A program made the translations under genes and the position numbers. A stretch of DNA of 62,804 bases, the filler included, from Aduncisulcus paluster (Eukaryota): assembly GCA_024181965.1 (NCBI GenBank). It is 4 parts of 4 records of this genome, joined end to end, with 100 filler letters (N's around TTAATTAATTAA, not from the genome) between each part and the next. Parts side by side here need not be neighbours in the genome. Positions count along the whole stretch, not along the records: positions 1 to 23,530 come from BQXS01012575.1; 3 more parts are not named here. One strand, 5' to 3'. The notes below the pieces were generated by a model that saw only the letters and a list, made by a program, of their open reading frames with translations, had not been told where the DNA came from and made no database searches. This document shows, one piece after another, positions 1-12,793 of the stretch (position 1 is the first letter of the stretch; each line of letters starts with the position of its first letter).

Positions 1-3000
1 CTCACAAGCATCTCCAAGATACGAAGAGGAACAACTGCATGTATGGGTCGATTCTTCACATGTCCCATTTGTTCCGCCACAGACAGAAGAATTAATAACG
101 GGACAAGATTTATCGCAATCAGTGCCATACCAATCCTCAATACAGCCAGAAATCACAGAAGAAGATCCATATTCCATAATGCATTGAGTGTTCACATCTG
201 TTTCAAGAGATGAAACACATGTAGGGATGGGACTGGTGTCAACAAGAGAAACACATTGTAAAGAGGCTGTGACATTGTAATCTCTGTAACTGAACATAGC
301 ACAATCTGTTCTATACACCGCAACGGCTCCATTAACTCCATCAATATATTCCCAGGCCTTCATACAAACATAATTGTTTGCAACGGATGGAGCCAGGTCT
401 GAACATTCATCACAGATAGTGGTATCTTGATCACTAACGGAAATGGTTGTCAAATTAGGAAGATATGAAGCGAATGATACAGAAGTCAAACCACAGATAC
501 TATTGGAACTAACATCGAGAGACGTCAGAGTAGTTCTGAGCTGATAGAGCAAGGAAACATCAGTTAATGAGTTTTCTGAGAGAGAAAGTGTTGTCAATTG
601 AGAGAGATCACTGATAATAAACAAATCATCATCAGTGATACCAGTGTTATTGGCAGACAGAGTCGTCAGTCCAACGAAGGAGGAGAGCGCAGTCTTGTTC
701 GAAAGAGTGATGTCATCGACCTTCAAAGTTGTTAAATTTGTGAGAGTGGATGAATATGTCCCCAAATCCACAATATTTGAGCATCCACTGATATCAAGAT
801 ATGTTAGAGAGGAGGGGAATATATTAGAATTCGTTGAACTAATTGTTGTACAATTACCGATAATGAGTGTAGTGATGTTCGAAAATGTAGTTAAATCGAT
901 ATCAGAGGCGATATCAACATCATGCAACTCAAGATATGTAATGGATGTTGGTAGATTGGAAATTGAGGAATCTGAGTCAGCAGCTCCTATAGTAATAGAA
1001 GTAGTTCCATCACCAGTAATGATAAAGCTCGTTAAGTTGACAGCGAATGAAAGACCGAGGAGTGAATCGACACCATCAACTTCAAGAGATGTCAAAACTT
1101 CCATTTCACTCTGAGTGATATTATCGCAGTCACTATCACGACAAAGCAAGCCGCACATAATTTGCCGAATTGAATCATCGCCAATGGTTATATATTGACA
1201 GGCTTCTCCATGATAAGCATCCGAATTGCATGTACAAGTGTTAGAAGCACAGGTTCCATTGCCAGAACAAGAAACATCGTTGAATGTAGGACATTCAGAA
1301 AGACAAGAAATACCAAAATATCCTTCTGAACATGCACTTCCACATTCAATTATTCCAGCTGAACTCAAAATGGCGATATAATCTGCAGTATTTTCACAAA
1401 CTTGACAAGTAAGTTCGAAATCATTTTCTACCAATTCACACTCATCATCATTGTTCATTTGATAAGTCTCAATTGTTGCTTTCACACAAGTGCCAAGTTC
1501 CTTGTCCAGATAGTACCCATTCCAACATTCAACTTGATAGGTGTCATCACTTCGACGACGACACGTCTTGTGATCCGCGAAGGAAAACGACTCGGAACAT
1601 TGACAGGTCTGGGCAGAGACAGTCAGTGAAGAGAAGTAAGTGCCCGTAAAATAATCGTTCAAAGTCGAGACAACACCAGAGATATCACATATATAATTGT
1701 CATCGAGAACTAAGGTCTCCATCACATCGGCAGGGAAGAAGCCTTCGGTGATAAGAACTGACACATCGGAGATNNNNNNNNNNNNNNNNNNNNGAACATT
1801 GACAGGTCTGGGCAGAGACAGTCAGTGAAGAGAAGTAAGTGCCCGTAAAATAATCGTTCAAAGTCGAGACAACACCAGAGATATCACATATATAATTGTC
1901 ATCGAGAACTAAGGTCTCCATCACATCGGCAGGGAAGAAGCCTTCGGTGATAAGAACTGACACATCGGAGATGTAATTGTTGGAAAGATCAAGGGTAGTC
2001 AACTTGAAGGTGGATGTGGCAAGGTCTGAGGAAGCAATGGGAGTCAGATCAAGAACGTCCTCAATTCGGTAGATCCCAGTGTTCTGAACAGAAAGAGACG
2101 AGAGACCAATGTTCAAAACAGTGTAATAGTCGACACCCTTCGCAAGCATCTGGATCACCATTCGATCATACACAGCATCGGCATCATCATATCCGAGACC
2201 ACTCACACTCCCACTCAGATCGTAGTCACTCGCATCAAGACTAGAAAGACTCGTCGCATACTCAAGACCACGAAGGGAGGCCACACCGCCACTAACATCG
2301 GACAGCACAACACTGCCAGTGGCTTCACGCAGGGTGGGAACAGTTAGAATGGATCCAGTCAAGGCAAGGGAAAAGGGTGATGAAGCCAAATATGAACGGA
2401 GATTGTCATCATGAATGGTGTAACATACAAGGTCGAGCGTATCCGCACTCCCATCGGTCTTGGCGATCGAGGCACACTCCGTAATGCCAGAGAGGGGATT
2501 GTACACCTCATTCAGAACAATGGAGGGGCAGCCGTCGGTTCCAAGACAATTATGGGGTTCATATCCAGGAGATGTGTTCAGAGAACAACTTGAAGGGTAA
2601 TAATTCTCAGTTTTGTATGTTCCATTGTTTATCATGAGCGGGAAAACAGATTTAAGAAATGTCCAGAATTCAGAATCGGTTTCAGAACGACACAATGGAA
2701 TATGAGCCGTGAGAGAGCCACTCTCGTTGGCAAAGAAAAGTTCTCTCATAACCACATTGCGGTACAATGGTGAAACATCAAAAAGGTTATCATTTCCATA
2801 AATATAACACTTTTGAAGACGAGAGAGTTCAGCCAAAGGCGAAATGTCAGCAATATCCATTGGATAAGAAATGGTGTTGGATGAAGAAATATAGAGGTAT
2901 ACAAGTTGTGACAGGTATGAAATTGGTTCAATATCGGAAATGGATGTGTCTAATAAGGACAGTTCCCCGACATTTATGAGGAATTCAATTCCATCTATAA

Positions 3001-3511
3001 CAGAAATGTCAGAGTCAGAACTTGCATCTAATGAAGTTAATTCGGCTAAGTCTACCTGTGACAAATCACATAAAGTCAATCCTTGATCAAGAGAATTGCA
3101 AATAACCCTTCTAAGAGTGTCATTGTTAAGCGATACAGTGAGATCAATTGAAGTTACAGATACTGCAGCAAAATCTCCGGATGGGGAATTTGATTGATAG
3201 TAATTAGAAGTGTTTTCAGGGGTAGATCTAAGAAAAGATGGACTTGTTGTATTACCATTGGTATTTTCAATGATTGGTATTTCAACTTCAAATGAATCAG
3301 AATAACCAATATTGGAGAATAGACTTGAATGCAAATCGGGTTTAACCATATTTGATTCAACTAAAGTCTTTTTCAGGGGGCTAGATGAGTCTACAGAGGT
3401 ATCAGATTGAATGATATCTTTCAAAACTGAAGATGATCCCATAGCAAGGGGCAAAAATAATAATACAAAAAATGCGCAAGCAAAAGATACTATAAAATTA
3501 TGTGTTTTCAT
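1..3511 (-). CDS. Large secreted/surface leucine-rich-repeat protein with Cys-rich EGF-like modules (3' end runs off the window; interrupted by an N gap with duplicated flanks)
   Basis: Signal peptide (MKTHNFIVSFACAFFVLLFLPLAMG) and LRRs (LTTLDLSNNYISDVSVL). After removing the gap duplication 1595-1773/1794-1972, the same reading continues without a stop to position 1, with EGF-like CSGNGTCASNTCTCNSDAYHGEAC and more LRRs (LTTLSLSENSLTDVSLL). Confidence 0.8.
1595..1972. repeat. 179-bp duplication flanking a 20-N gap (scaffolding overlap artefact)
   Basis: 1595-1773 is repeated at 1794-1972, on either side of N 1774-1793. Confidence 0.9.
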
Positions 3512-3628
3512 TGCTTAGCAGGAGTTAACGAAATATTTGAAAATATTGATTAGATCGATGTAATATTAGGATTAATACAAAAATAGGTTATATTACTAGC
3601 TGTAATAAATATGCTCAGAGACTTAAAA

Positions 3629-4060
3629 GTGTCTGAAAAATCTAAGAACTAACGAAAAATGCACAATCGTATTTGCTGGGCCAAATACCAAATATAACAA
3701 AATTTTATCGTATAAAATCAATCGTAAGTCTAACATTATATGAAATTTATTTATTAGATTTGCAAATATCATAAAGATTCCACTATTACGATAAAATCAA
3801 GAAAACTTCATAAAAACGCCTTAAAATTTGGAAGNNNNNNNNNNNNNNNNNNNNGTGTCTGAAAAATCTAAGAACTAACGAAAAATGCACAATCGTATTT
3901 GCTGGGCCAAATACCAAATATAACAAAATTTTATCGTATAAAATCAATCGTAAGTCTAACATTATATGAAATTTATTTATTAGATTTGCAAATATCATAA
4001 AGATTCCACTATTACGATAAAATCAAGCAAACTTCATAAAAACGCCTTAAAATTTGGAAG
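3629..4060. repeat. About 206-bp duplication flanking a 20-N gap (scaffolding artefact)
   Basis: 3629-3834 is repeated at 3855-4060, with one visible mismatch (aatcaagaaaac vs aatcaagcaaac). Confidence 0.9.
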
Positions 4061-7000
4061 TTATCTTTCTTAAACATCCTTTTTCTCCATCAGAAAGGAT
4101 TTCTTTCAGCTGAGCTAAGACTATTCCCTTCTCACCTTCCCCAGATTGAATATCTTTCATAATTCCCCCGACAAAAGATCCAATTTCCTTGATAATATTG
4201 AGATTGGCATCGGGATGGGCTCTACTCATAATGTTTGCCGGAGAATTCCCCAATTGGGATATATCTATTCCATCGTCATCATCATCTCCTTCCATTCCCT
4301 CCATCTCCACCATGAATATACTGAGGAGTTGCTGAATAAACTTAACTATTGTCTTGCATGTCACATTCACTTTCTCCTTCGAGGTTGATCCTCTGAGATA
4401 GCGAGATGATGAGCTACTCATCACTGTTTTTGAGAAAGTCAAGTCGGAGAATGCATGCTTAGGGATGGATGTAAGAATGGTCTTGAGAACACGAATACAC
4501 ATCCGGACCAGACTAGCTCCAACCACACTTCCAACACAACACACGGCAGTTGAAATAGCCTTAAAATCTATTCCTGGGCCACGCTCCATCAGAGCACAGA
4601 GAAGGACACATAAAGAACCCTTGATAGTGAGCGTACAGACATCAACTGAGTCTGGAAGGGAGGAAAACAGGGTGCGGATAACATCGACACCGATGGAAAT
4701 GTTGCACCCGCACCGAAGCATTGTATACCCAAACTTAAGACCAGTGTCGGCAAGGGTGAGACTGTCCGAATCATTGGTATCTTCAGCCTTTGAGATGTTT
4801 TTCACAAGATTACAGCATATAATCGAGAAATATGACTCAATTGACTGGCTTCCAAGCCCTGCGGACTCTAAATTGACGGGAGTCGTCCTAAAATCTGAGA
4901 AATCATCACCATTGAGGGATAGAATGATACCTTCCATGAGACGAACGATGGATACCCGAAGACTAGAATCGTCAACTTCATACATCTTTAACACAATCTT
5001 CAACAAACCAAGGAAATCGGAAGAATTAACCTGAACTTCATCACGCTTGGAAACAGCAGAGCCTTCCAGAGCAAGACGAACGGGAAGACCATTTCTTTGG
5101 CCTTGTTTACATCCACCACGTAGTACAGCATCCAGCACTTCACAACAACAACACAGAATACTCACATTTTCGGCCCTGTATGGATCAATTCGCATTATGG
5201 CAGGGATAAGAGTGGTAATAATGTGATTTCTAAGGAGTTGGAGGTGTTTAGTATTCTCACCCTGACAAGCCACAGCCAATAGGGAACATATTGGTTCCGG
5301 AATGTATGGATCGTTTCCAAAAGCATGAACAAGGGATACAACAAGGGATGCAAGCATCTCATGTTGAGCCAATGCATGATTGGGACATATCTTGGCGGGG
5401 AATATGAGGGCATCAAGGAGAACTTCAACCACACGGGTATCTGTCTCTCCGCCACTCCCATCTTTGTCTGCACTATCAATAACAGACACCATGAATGGTT
5501 TCAAGAAGGTAGTAATAAACTCAAGGAAGCTTGGGAACACAGGTCCCATATATCTAGCAATAATCTCATTCATCTTCTTGAACCTTGAGTCTCCGCAGAG
5601 TTTAGTAATACTTCTAACACCAAGAAATACTTCAAGCTTGGATTTTCCATTCTGGACGCAATTTGAAACATTCTCAAACACGGGTCCAAATGCTTCAGAA
5701 GCCCTATCCAGTTCAATTAACAGAGCCACGGCAACACAAGCACATCTCCCACGGATAAGGGAAGGGCAAGTTGGCGAAGAGAGCAATGGGAACACAATCT
5801 CACGAAAAGAAAGAGTGAAAAAATTGTTGAGGAATTCATCGTCAAGCTCAACTTTCCCACTACCTGAAGTGAAAGATCCTCCTTCATCGTCACCATCTCC
5901 TCCAAAGTCCCCCTCATCAGCGCCATAATCATCTCCCTCGCTATCGTCTCCCCACCATTCCCCACTGAAGAGCCCATCCTCACTCCCAGAGTTTCTCACC
6001 TCGTCACAGAACACGTTAAAGAGTGTGAGACAGCCTTCAAGAACACATGCGGCGGAAGCAGGGGCAATGGGGGCAGCGAGGGCAGAGGGCGACATTGAGC
6101 TGATGGAAGAGAAAGATCTCTTGATGGTATCAAGGAGAAGCTCTGCCACTTCTTTATATATCTTTTGTCCAAAATGCCTTATCATCGACGTAAATAATTG
6201 TCTAGAGATAACTCTGGGATTTAATAACTGACTTTCCTCATCTTCATACAAGGAGAAAGTTTCAATCTCCTCCCACTCATCCATATCGTCAATAGTAAAG
6301 CAAATATGATGGAAGATGCATTTAATGGCGTCGCTAAGGTGTGGTATGATGACTTCTTCGGGGTTAATATTGGTTTCTATGAAAAATGAGAGAGTTTCAA
6401 GGATCTGACACACTATTCCACGGGTGGTCAGCGCATCACCAGAGAAACCAAGGGAAGCTGGTGGATATTTAGATACTATTTCGGAGGATGATTTCTTGGT
6501 AGATACTCGGAGGACGGCCACAAGAGATCCACAGATACGAGTAAGATACTCAGGACCTAATTGTTTCTGATATAATTGAATAACCACAGTCAGTAACTTA
6601 ATGGCACAATGTAAGGCTCCAATATTATCAGGAGTGATGGCATCAGTAGAAGTTATTTTCAACACAACCTGAATGACATTAGATAGAGAAGCAAAAGTTG
6701 TTGGTAAACTTTCTGGGAAATCTTTACATTGGTGCAAACCGGCTAACAAACTCGTATAGGCAACAAAAGCATTGCACAAAAGTTCAATAGGACGATCAAA
6801 AGAGATATAAGAAGAAACTGCTGTGAGGAGATCACCTCCCATCTTAATATCCCTTGGGACATCAAATATGGATGGAATCGCATTAAGATAGTGAAATGAA
6901 TTAAGGGGATGGGATTTAATGCAAATTAACAACTGTTCGGGCAAATTAACCCACTCTTCAGGATAAAATGATTCGGCCAATAATTCAAGACATTCGGCCC

Positions 7001-7295
7001 CTTGTTTTACAATAACACGATGAGTTAACGTTAGAATATCAAAAATATGTTGGAATAAAAACCTTCTATCTGATGATGACAACTCATGTATCTTCTCACC
7101 AAGAAACTGTCTCAAAAATACTGAAGCCATTTGTTGAATACGTATATTGCCATTTTTAAGTATAATGTGGAAAAGATGCTGAACAAATCCACTCTGCGAA
7201 GATACTGAATCAAGATAAGTTTTGGCTTCAGCGGATTCAAAAGTAGTTCCGTTTACACATAGAGTAACGGCCTTTTCTATCTTATTTATATCCAT
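4047..7295 (-). CDS. Importin-beta family karyopherin, importin-9/Kap114-like
   Basis: N-terminal IBN_N-like region (AEAKTYL...IRIQQMASVFLRQFL), YPEEWVNL motif, helical HEAT-like body and acidic loops. Likely start MDINKIEK at 7295; the ORF track extends to 7364 from a non-ATG codon. Confidence 0.7.
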   Translation of the reverse strand: MDINKIEKAVTLCVNGTTFESAEAKTYLDSVSSQSGFVQHLFHIILKNGNIRIQQMASVFLRQFLGEKIHELSSSDRRFLFQHIFDILTLTHRVIVKQGAECLELLAESFYPEEWVNLPEQLLICIKSHPLNSFHYLNAIPSIFDVPRDIKMGGDLLTAVSSYISFDRPIELLCNAFVAYTSLLAGLHQCKDFPESLPTTFASLSNVIQVVLKITSTDAITPDNIGALHCAIKLLTVVIQLYQKQLGPEYLTRICGSLVAVLRVSTKKSSSEIVSKYPPASLGFSGDALTTRGIVCQILETLSFFIETNINPEEVIIPHLSDAIKCIFHHICFTIDDMDEWEEIETFSLYEDEESQLLNPRVISRQLFTSMIRHFGQKIYKEVAELLLDTIKRSFSSISSMSPSALAAPIAPASAACVLEGCLTLFNVFCDEVRNSGSEDGLFSGEWWGDDSEGDDYGADEGDFGGDGDDEGGSFTSGSGKVELDDEFLNNFFTLSFREIVFPLLSSPTCPSLIRGRCACVAVALLIELDRASEAFGPVFENVSNCVQNGKSKLEVFLGVRSITKLCGDSRFKKMNEIIARYMGPVFPSFLEFITTFLKPFMVSVIDSADKDGSGGETDTRVVEVLLDALIFPAKICPNHALAQHEMLASLVVSLVHAFGNDPYIPEPICSLLAVACQGENTKHLQLLRNHIITTLIPAIMRIDPYRAENVSILCCCCEVLDAVLRGGCKQGQRNGLPVRLALEGSAVSKRDEVQVNSSDFLGLLKIVLKMYEVDDSSLRVSIVRLMEGIILSLNGDDFSDFRTTPVNLESAGLGSQSIESYFSIICCNLVKNISKAEDTNDSDSLTLADTGLKFGYTMLRCGCNISIGVDVIRTLFSSLPDSVDVCTLTIKGSLCVLLCALMERGPGIDFKAISTAVCCVGSVVGASLVRMCIRVLKTILTSIPKHAFSDLTFSKTVMSSSSSRYLRGSTSKEKVNVTCKTIVKFIQQLLSIFMVEMEGMEGDDDDDGIDISQLGNSPANIMSRAHPDANLNIIKEIGSFVGGIMKDIQSGEGEKGIVLAQLKEILSDGEKGCLRKITSKF

Positions 7296-7476
7296 TACGA
7301 ATAGAAATAGAAGGGGGATCCAGCAGAATGCAACAAAACCCATGATTCTAGATTTCGACATCAATGTGAGAAGAATATTTCAAATAAATAAGATTTTGCC
7401 AAAATAAATCTATTGTTATATTTAAAACATCAAATCAAAAAGCAGTAGAATTTATTGATAGGATCCAAGAACCACC

Positions 7477-8095
7477 TTAGAATTTAAGAGGAGCAAAGAG
7501 CCATTCGTTCTCACCAGCCTTGTATTTCATCTCAAAAGTAGCTTTGACAGTCTTGAGAGCATCGAAACGGCTCTTGGGGGTCTGAAGATCTTTAACTTGG
7601 ACATTCTTGCAGAGATCCTTGGAGTCAAGAGTGTAACGAGTGGGAAGGAGGTGTTGAAGGTTGATGATCTTGGCCATAGGTTTAATCTTGGAACGGACAG
7701 CAATCTGCTTGGCGGTCATTCCCTTACGAACGGTACGAGGAGGACGGCTAATACCAGCAACAAAGGCGTGGGCATATGGGCGAACCTTAGTACCATCGTT
7801 GAAAACGCGGAGAATGACAACCTTCTTTCCAGCGTAGCGACCTTGAAGGACGATGCAAACTTTACCAGCCTTTACACTAAATTACAAATGAGATTAGGAT
7901 TGTTTAAATTTTGAGGATAGAAAAAAATAAAAAGATTGATAATATCACAAATAAATAAAATTAATTAAGATAATTATAAAAGAAAAGAGGAGAGAGGCAA
8001 GATGTACAAAAAATATGTGAAATCATAAATTATAATTGATAAAATACTAATATTAATATATAGATGAGAATTACATACATTCTCTCGGGGCACAT
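7477..8095 (-). CDS. RPL27: 60S ribosomal protein eL27, two exons (8095-8079, 7876-7477), 138 aa
   Basis: Spliced product MCPERIVKAGKVCIVLQGRYAGKKVVI...RSKIKPMAKIINLQHLLPTRY...KYKAGENEWLFAPLKF matches eL27. Confidence 0.93.
7877..8078 (-). other. Spliceosomal intron (202 nt) in RPL27
   Basis: GTATGT donor at 8078, TTTAG acceptor at 7877, AT-rich; removal restores the eL27 N-terminus in frame. Confidence 0.85.
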
Positions 8096-8470
8096 CGGTC
8101 AGTATATCTTCCTATTGCGGCAGAAAGACCTTGTGATAGGATGCCAAATCTATCTAAAAATAGTTATCTGAGTAGATCTTCCCTTAAGCAATGAAATGTC
8201 CAATAATTACACTCAATATCAATGTATTATTGCAGTCATTGATAGTCTATTTAATATAGACCAAATAATCATATCTAACTACCTCAATTTACAATATACA
8301 ATTCGATTTTTTATTTATCCTATATACAAATATTATGATTAATATTATGAAGGTAAATAAAATGCATTCTGGTGTGTACTTATTATTTTATTCTTTAATT
8401 CGCACATTTCCTCTGATATCTTATGGAATTCGTTTCTTTTTTTTACTCGTATTTGGATTCAATTTACACC

Positions 8471-8817
8471 ATGTCTGAAACTCGTATGTTAAATTTTTTA
8501 TTTTTATATTTTAAAATTGCCTAAGATTTTGATTTGTGCTTATTGTATTTTTATCCTTAGCTTCCAGTGCTCCTACCCCTGTTGTGACCCATGAAGAAGA
8601 GAAAGAAATTAATCTTTCTGCTTTAAATACTAAAAATTATTTGGATAAAACTGTTGTACCTATTTTACTTCAAGGTCTTGCTGCTCTTGCTCAAGAAAGG
8701 CCTCCCAACCCTGTTGAATACTTGGCTGCTTATTTATTAAGGAATAATCCAAACAAAACAGAGCATCCTCTTGATAAAACTGAAGAAGGAGAAGGTGAAA
8801 TTGCTGATACTGAATAA
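8471..8817 (+). CDS. DPY30: Dpy-30 motif protein, two exons (8471-8483, 8561-8817), 89 aa
   Basis: [34 protein letters not shown] is the Dpy-30 motif. A 77-nt GTATGT...TTAG intron at 8484-8560 joins ATG 8471 in frame. Confidence 0.9.
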
Positions 8818-8938
8818 GCTGTAAAATTCCAATCAATTTAATTTTATATCATACAAGAAATATTATTCCTTTTATTCTTCTGAACTTTGTCGTACTAATA
8901 AAATGCGAAAATTTCACAAATTTGTGTTTCTAAGTAAA

Positions 8939-11900
8939 TTACCAAATACATTCTCCAGCTTCAAATTTCCTCTTCTCTTCAGGTGACACATCTCTGAAAT
9001 ATTTAGACTGGTCAATTCCTTCATCCGGAGAGTATGCAGGCCACACTGTAAATGATCCACCTGCAGTCCCCACAGTAATAACTGTTTCTCCATAAGCACA
9101 GGAGGTAATTCCCGTGTCCTCCCTCCCAAAGACACACAAGAGATCGAAGGGCGGCAGAGCATCCCACACACAACAGAGACCACCGGCTGTACCGGTAACT
9201 AGTTTCGTCCCGTCTGGTGACAGAGCAATCGCCGTTGTTCGATGGGACTTGTCAGGTTTTGGGAATGCCATGAAAGGTTCTCCCTCCTTGTCGTCGAAAT
9301 TTGCTGACCATACGAATACATTGTTATCCCAACCTACTGTGTAAATCCTTTCACTAGTGGGTCCACGCCCGAAGAGAACATGTGTAATCGTACCCTCATG
9401 CGCATCGGTTCGTTTCCATATATTTGACAGATATACCTTATGTCCACGCTTCTTGATTTTCCACAAAGCCAAGGAATGGTCATTGCAGGCGGTCACAAGC
9501 AAATCCCCAGAGTCAGACGTACTCAAGGATGTCACGATGCTATCATGAAGATGGAAAGTTCCAACACAACTACCCTTGTGAACTTCCTGAGCAACAAGTT
9601 CTTCTTTGCCTGTCTTGGGGTTCATGATGGGACGGAAGTGGGCAGGTTGTTTAAGTTCATCAATGGGATACAACTTCCACACTTTAACAGAGAAATCATC
9701 ACTCGAAGAGAATAAAAGATCGCCACAGACACACATGCATTGAACTTTCCCCGAATGGCCTTGGAACTTGCCAATGACACATCCAAGGGTTCTATCCTGA
9801 GGTGTAAGGGATATAGCAATGATCTCATACGTGCTGCCAGCAACATAGGCGATCTCTGCAAAGTTCCCAACTGCCAGAGAAAGAAGTTGAGAATCACATG
9901 TGATCTGAGAAACTCTCTCAAGTGTGACCGTGTCTGTAATAGTCATGCCTGCATCTTTGGACACAGAAAGTAGCATAGAATGCTTGGGATGGATGGGACG
10001 GATGTTGACAAGTGCTTGGTCAGTTATCTCTTGAGTGTGGGCACTAATCTCTTTCACCAATTGAGGCCTGACGAGACTCTTCACGTCAAATACACGAACA
10101 CAGGCTTCCGATGAGGCCACAGCAAGGAAAGGATGACGGGGATTGAGGTGCATCATGGAAACTTCATTCCCATCAAGAGGAGAGAAAGAGAAACGCATCG
10201 CATCATGGGTCATCACCTGTGCTGAAGAGTCAAACGATTCTGTTGTAACTTCTTGGAGTAATTGGCTGAGAAAATCGGAGTCCCCAGCGAGTTTTGATGT
10301 ATGTTTATCCTCTTCTTCGGCCTCTTCACCGGGGTTGAGCTTAGTGCTAGCAGAAGGTTGTTGAGATAATAGCATACTTGGAGGAGGCTCTTCTCCAGGT
10401 TTAACCACTTTATATACCTTTAAAAATCCATCTGCACTGCAAGTCATAAGAATATTATCATCAGAACGAAGGGATACGCCTGTAACATCCCCGAAATGGT
10501 CTGAATTGGTTCGAATACATGCTCCTGTCTTCGTATTAAAGCATTTTACACAGTTATCACGTGCTCCAGTATACAAATGAATTGAATCGTTCATCCAAGA
10601 GAGAGATATAACATCTCCTCGATGACCCTCAATTCCTCTAACTGCTTTCACACACATACTCTTATCATCTTTCCTATGATCAATGTATTCGGGTGCAAGA
10701 GTGGTGATATTCCAGATCTGGATGCTGCTATCACGCCCGGCACTTGCAAGAAGGAAGGGGGAGTCCAGAGATGTGGTTGAGATGGATTTAATACTTCCAG
10801 TGGGGACAGAAAGTGTCTCGCGAGTGGAATCAAGAACTAGAACGGGGCCTTGATGTTGAGATAGCGTTTCAATGAAGGAGAGACTTGGTTTTTTGGGATT
10901 GGACAACTTGAGGGTATCCCATGCTCGAATGGTTGTATCTTTGGAACCAGTTAGCAAGATACGACCTTCGAATAGCCAAAGTCCACAGTTTACAGCGGAA
11001 TCGTGGGCATCTGCATTTCTTTCTTGTTCAATTCGAGCAACTACCTCCTTTTTTCCCATATCAAAGATAATAAATCCATTATCAGCACCAACCATTAGGT
11101 ATTTATCATCAGGTGAAAAGGATAGACAATTGACATGCGATTTACAACCACGTAATTGTTCGACAATTTCAACAGTGGCTGGAAAAGATGAGTTTTGGAC
11201 AAGCTTACAAACATAAATTGAATGAGTGTCACTTACAAGCATTAAATAATCCCCTGATCGAGACCAAGCAATTGGAGTATCATTTTGAATTCCCAGAAAG
11301 CTAAGAGCACGAGAACATACAACTCGAGGCGTGTGATCAGAAATTGTAAAATAATCGGTATCTCCTAATAATGGTTTTGATTTGGGGGATTTGAGTTGAT
11401 CTCTGACTGAAAGTCGAACTCCTTCTGGGGAGTGAGTTTGTGTATCATATGTTTGATCACAACGTGAAGTGTGAAGTAATGATTGTTTTTGGCTTGTTGG
11501 GTCTATTGTAAGTATTATTGGCCGGGTGAGGCGCTTCCAAAAGTCGTTGTCGTATATACCAACTAACTCATCAATAAAAATGGAGATATTCGTGTCAAAT
11601 AATACATGACAATCAATTTACTACTTAAAATTGAAAAAATAATTTTTAAATAATTCCAAGAAACGAAGGAAGAAATCATTTAAAAATTTGTAGGTCATAC
11701 ATCTTGCTACTGTGAAAAAAATAGTATCACCAGTTGTTTTTATGATAGAAATGGATGAATTAAGATTCAATTCAGCATGGGAGGGGAAATCCGATCTGAA
11801 TAATATTCGAGATGAGAAAGCTGCTGACCAAGATAAAATCAGCTAAAAACATCCAAATACACAATTTTGTGGATGGAATATGCAAGGAAATAATCGCTCA

Positions 11901-11977
11901 AATAATGAAGAAATGAATTCCGCCAAAGATTTCACAATAGATTCAGAACTTTTCGTCAGATTGTGTGACTGAATCAT
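8939..11977 (-). CDS. Multi-WD40 repeat (double beta-propeller-sized) protein; 5' exons tentative
   Basis: Many GH...WD-type repeats (LLTGSKDTTIRAWD, LASAGRDSSIQIWN, FSSSDDFSVKVWK). The frame stays open upstream of ATG 11242 to beyond 11562. Tentative introns 11563-11700 (GTATGA..TTAG) and 11843-11860 would link it to ATG 11977. Confidence 0.75.
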
Positions 11978-12052
11978 TCAGTGTTGGTGATGATCACCTT
12001 GAACAAATAGAGTCAATTTTTCGCAAAATACAATTGCTGTATAAATAAGTGA

Positions 12053-12409
12053 TTAAAAATGCATTGTTCTTCTTTTCCCAGATGGAGGGGGTTGAGGCAG
12101 TGAGAATCTCTCTGGATCAAGACAAGATTGAATCAACGAAGAATCAACCTCAAAGCTCTGCATCATTTGTTCTTGCACTTCTCGTTCAATTTCAGCAACA
12201 CTTTCAGTTGGGCCACTCATTTGAAGAGCTGTTGTCTCATCAATAATCTTTTCTCTCTGTAAAACTGTAATAATATTATAAATGGGGTCATCAAATATTC
12301 TTCTAGGAATCTCAAATGCATCTATTTGCTGAATATCTTGCCTCAAATCCATTCCAGATGGTTTCAAAGCATCAAACATGTCTGAGACAAGTTCTGGTTC
12401 CTCTTCCAT
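12053..12409 (-). CDS. Hypothetical protein, 118 aa
   Basis: ATG-initiated ORF with protein-like composition between AT-rich spacers; no motif recognised. Confidence 0.55.
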   Translation of the reverse strand: MEEEPELVSDMFDALKPSGMDLRQDIQQIDAFEIPRRIFDDPIYNIITVLQREKIIDETTALQMSGPTESVAEIEREVQEQMMQSFEVDSSLIQSCLDPERFSLPQPPPSGKRRTMHF

Positions 12410-12793
12410 TGTTATATGATGTAAATATTAAATATAATTGAATTAATTAAAATAAATATGGTAAATTTCAATTGTATGAAAAGAATATACAGTCCAAATA
12501 AACAAACTTGGTGTGGTCATCGCAATCACTGAATAAATCGATATTGGTTGTAATATTATTACATACAACTATAATATATGGTGAGAAGTAATTAAAAAAA
12601 TCTCGTATTCTTTGTTTTTACTCCAGGAAACAAAATCTCTCTTTGATTTAGAAATTTCCAAAATTTAGTGCCAAAGAAAAATTAATCGTGCATAAATATG
12701 GTAGATATGTCATAAGAAAATACATCAGAGGCGATTTCTTCGAAGATCAACGAATGACAATTTACTCCTTGATTTGTATACATTAAATCGAAT

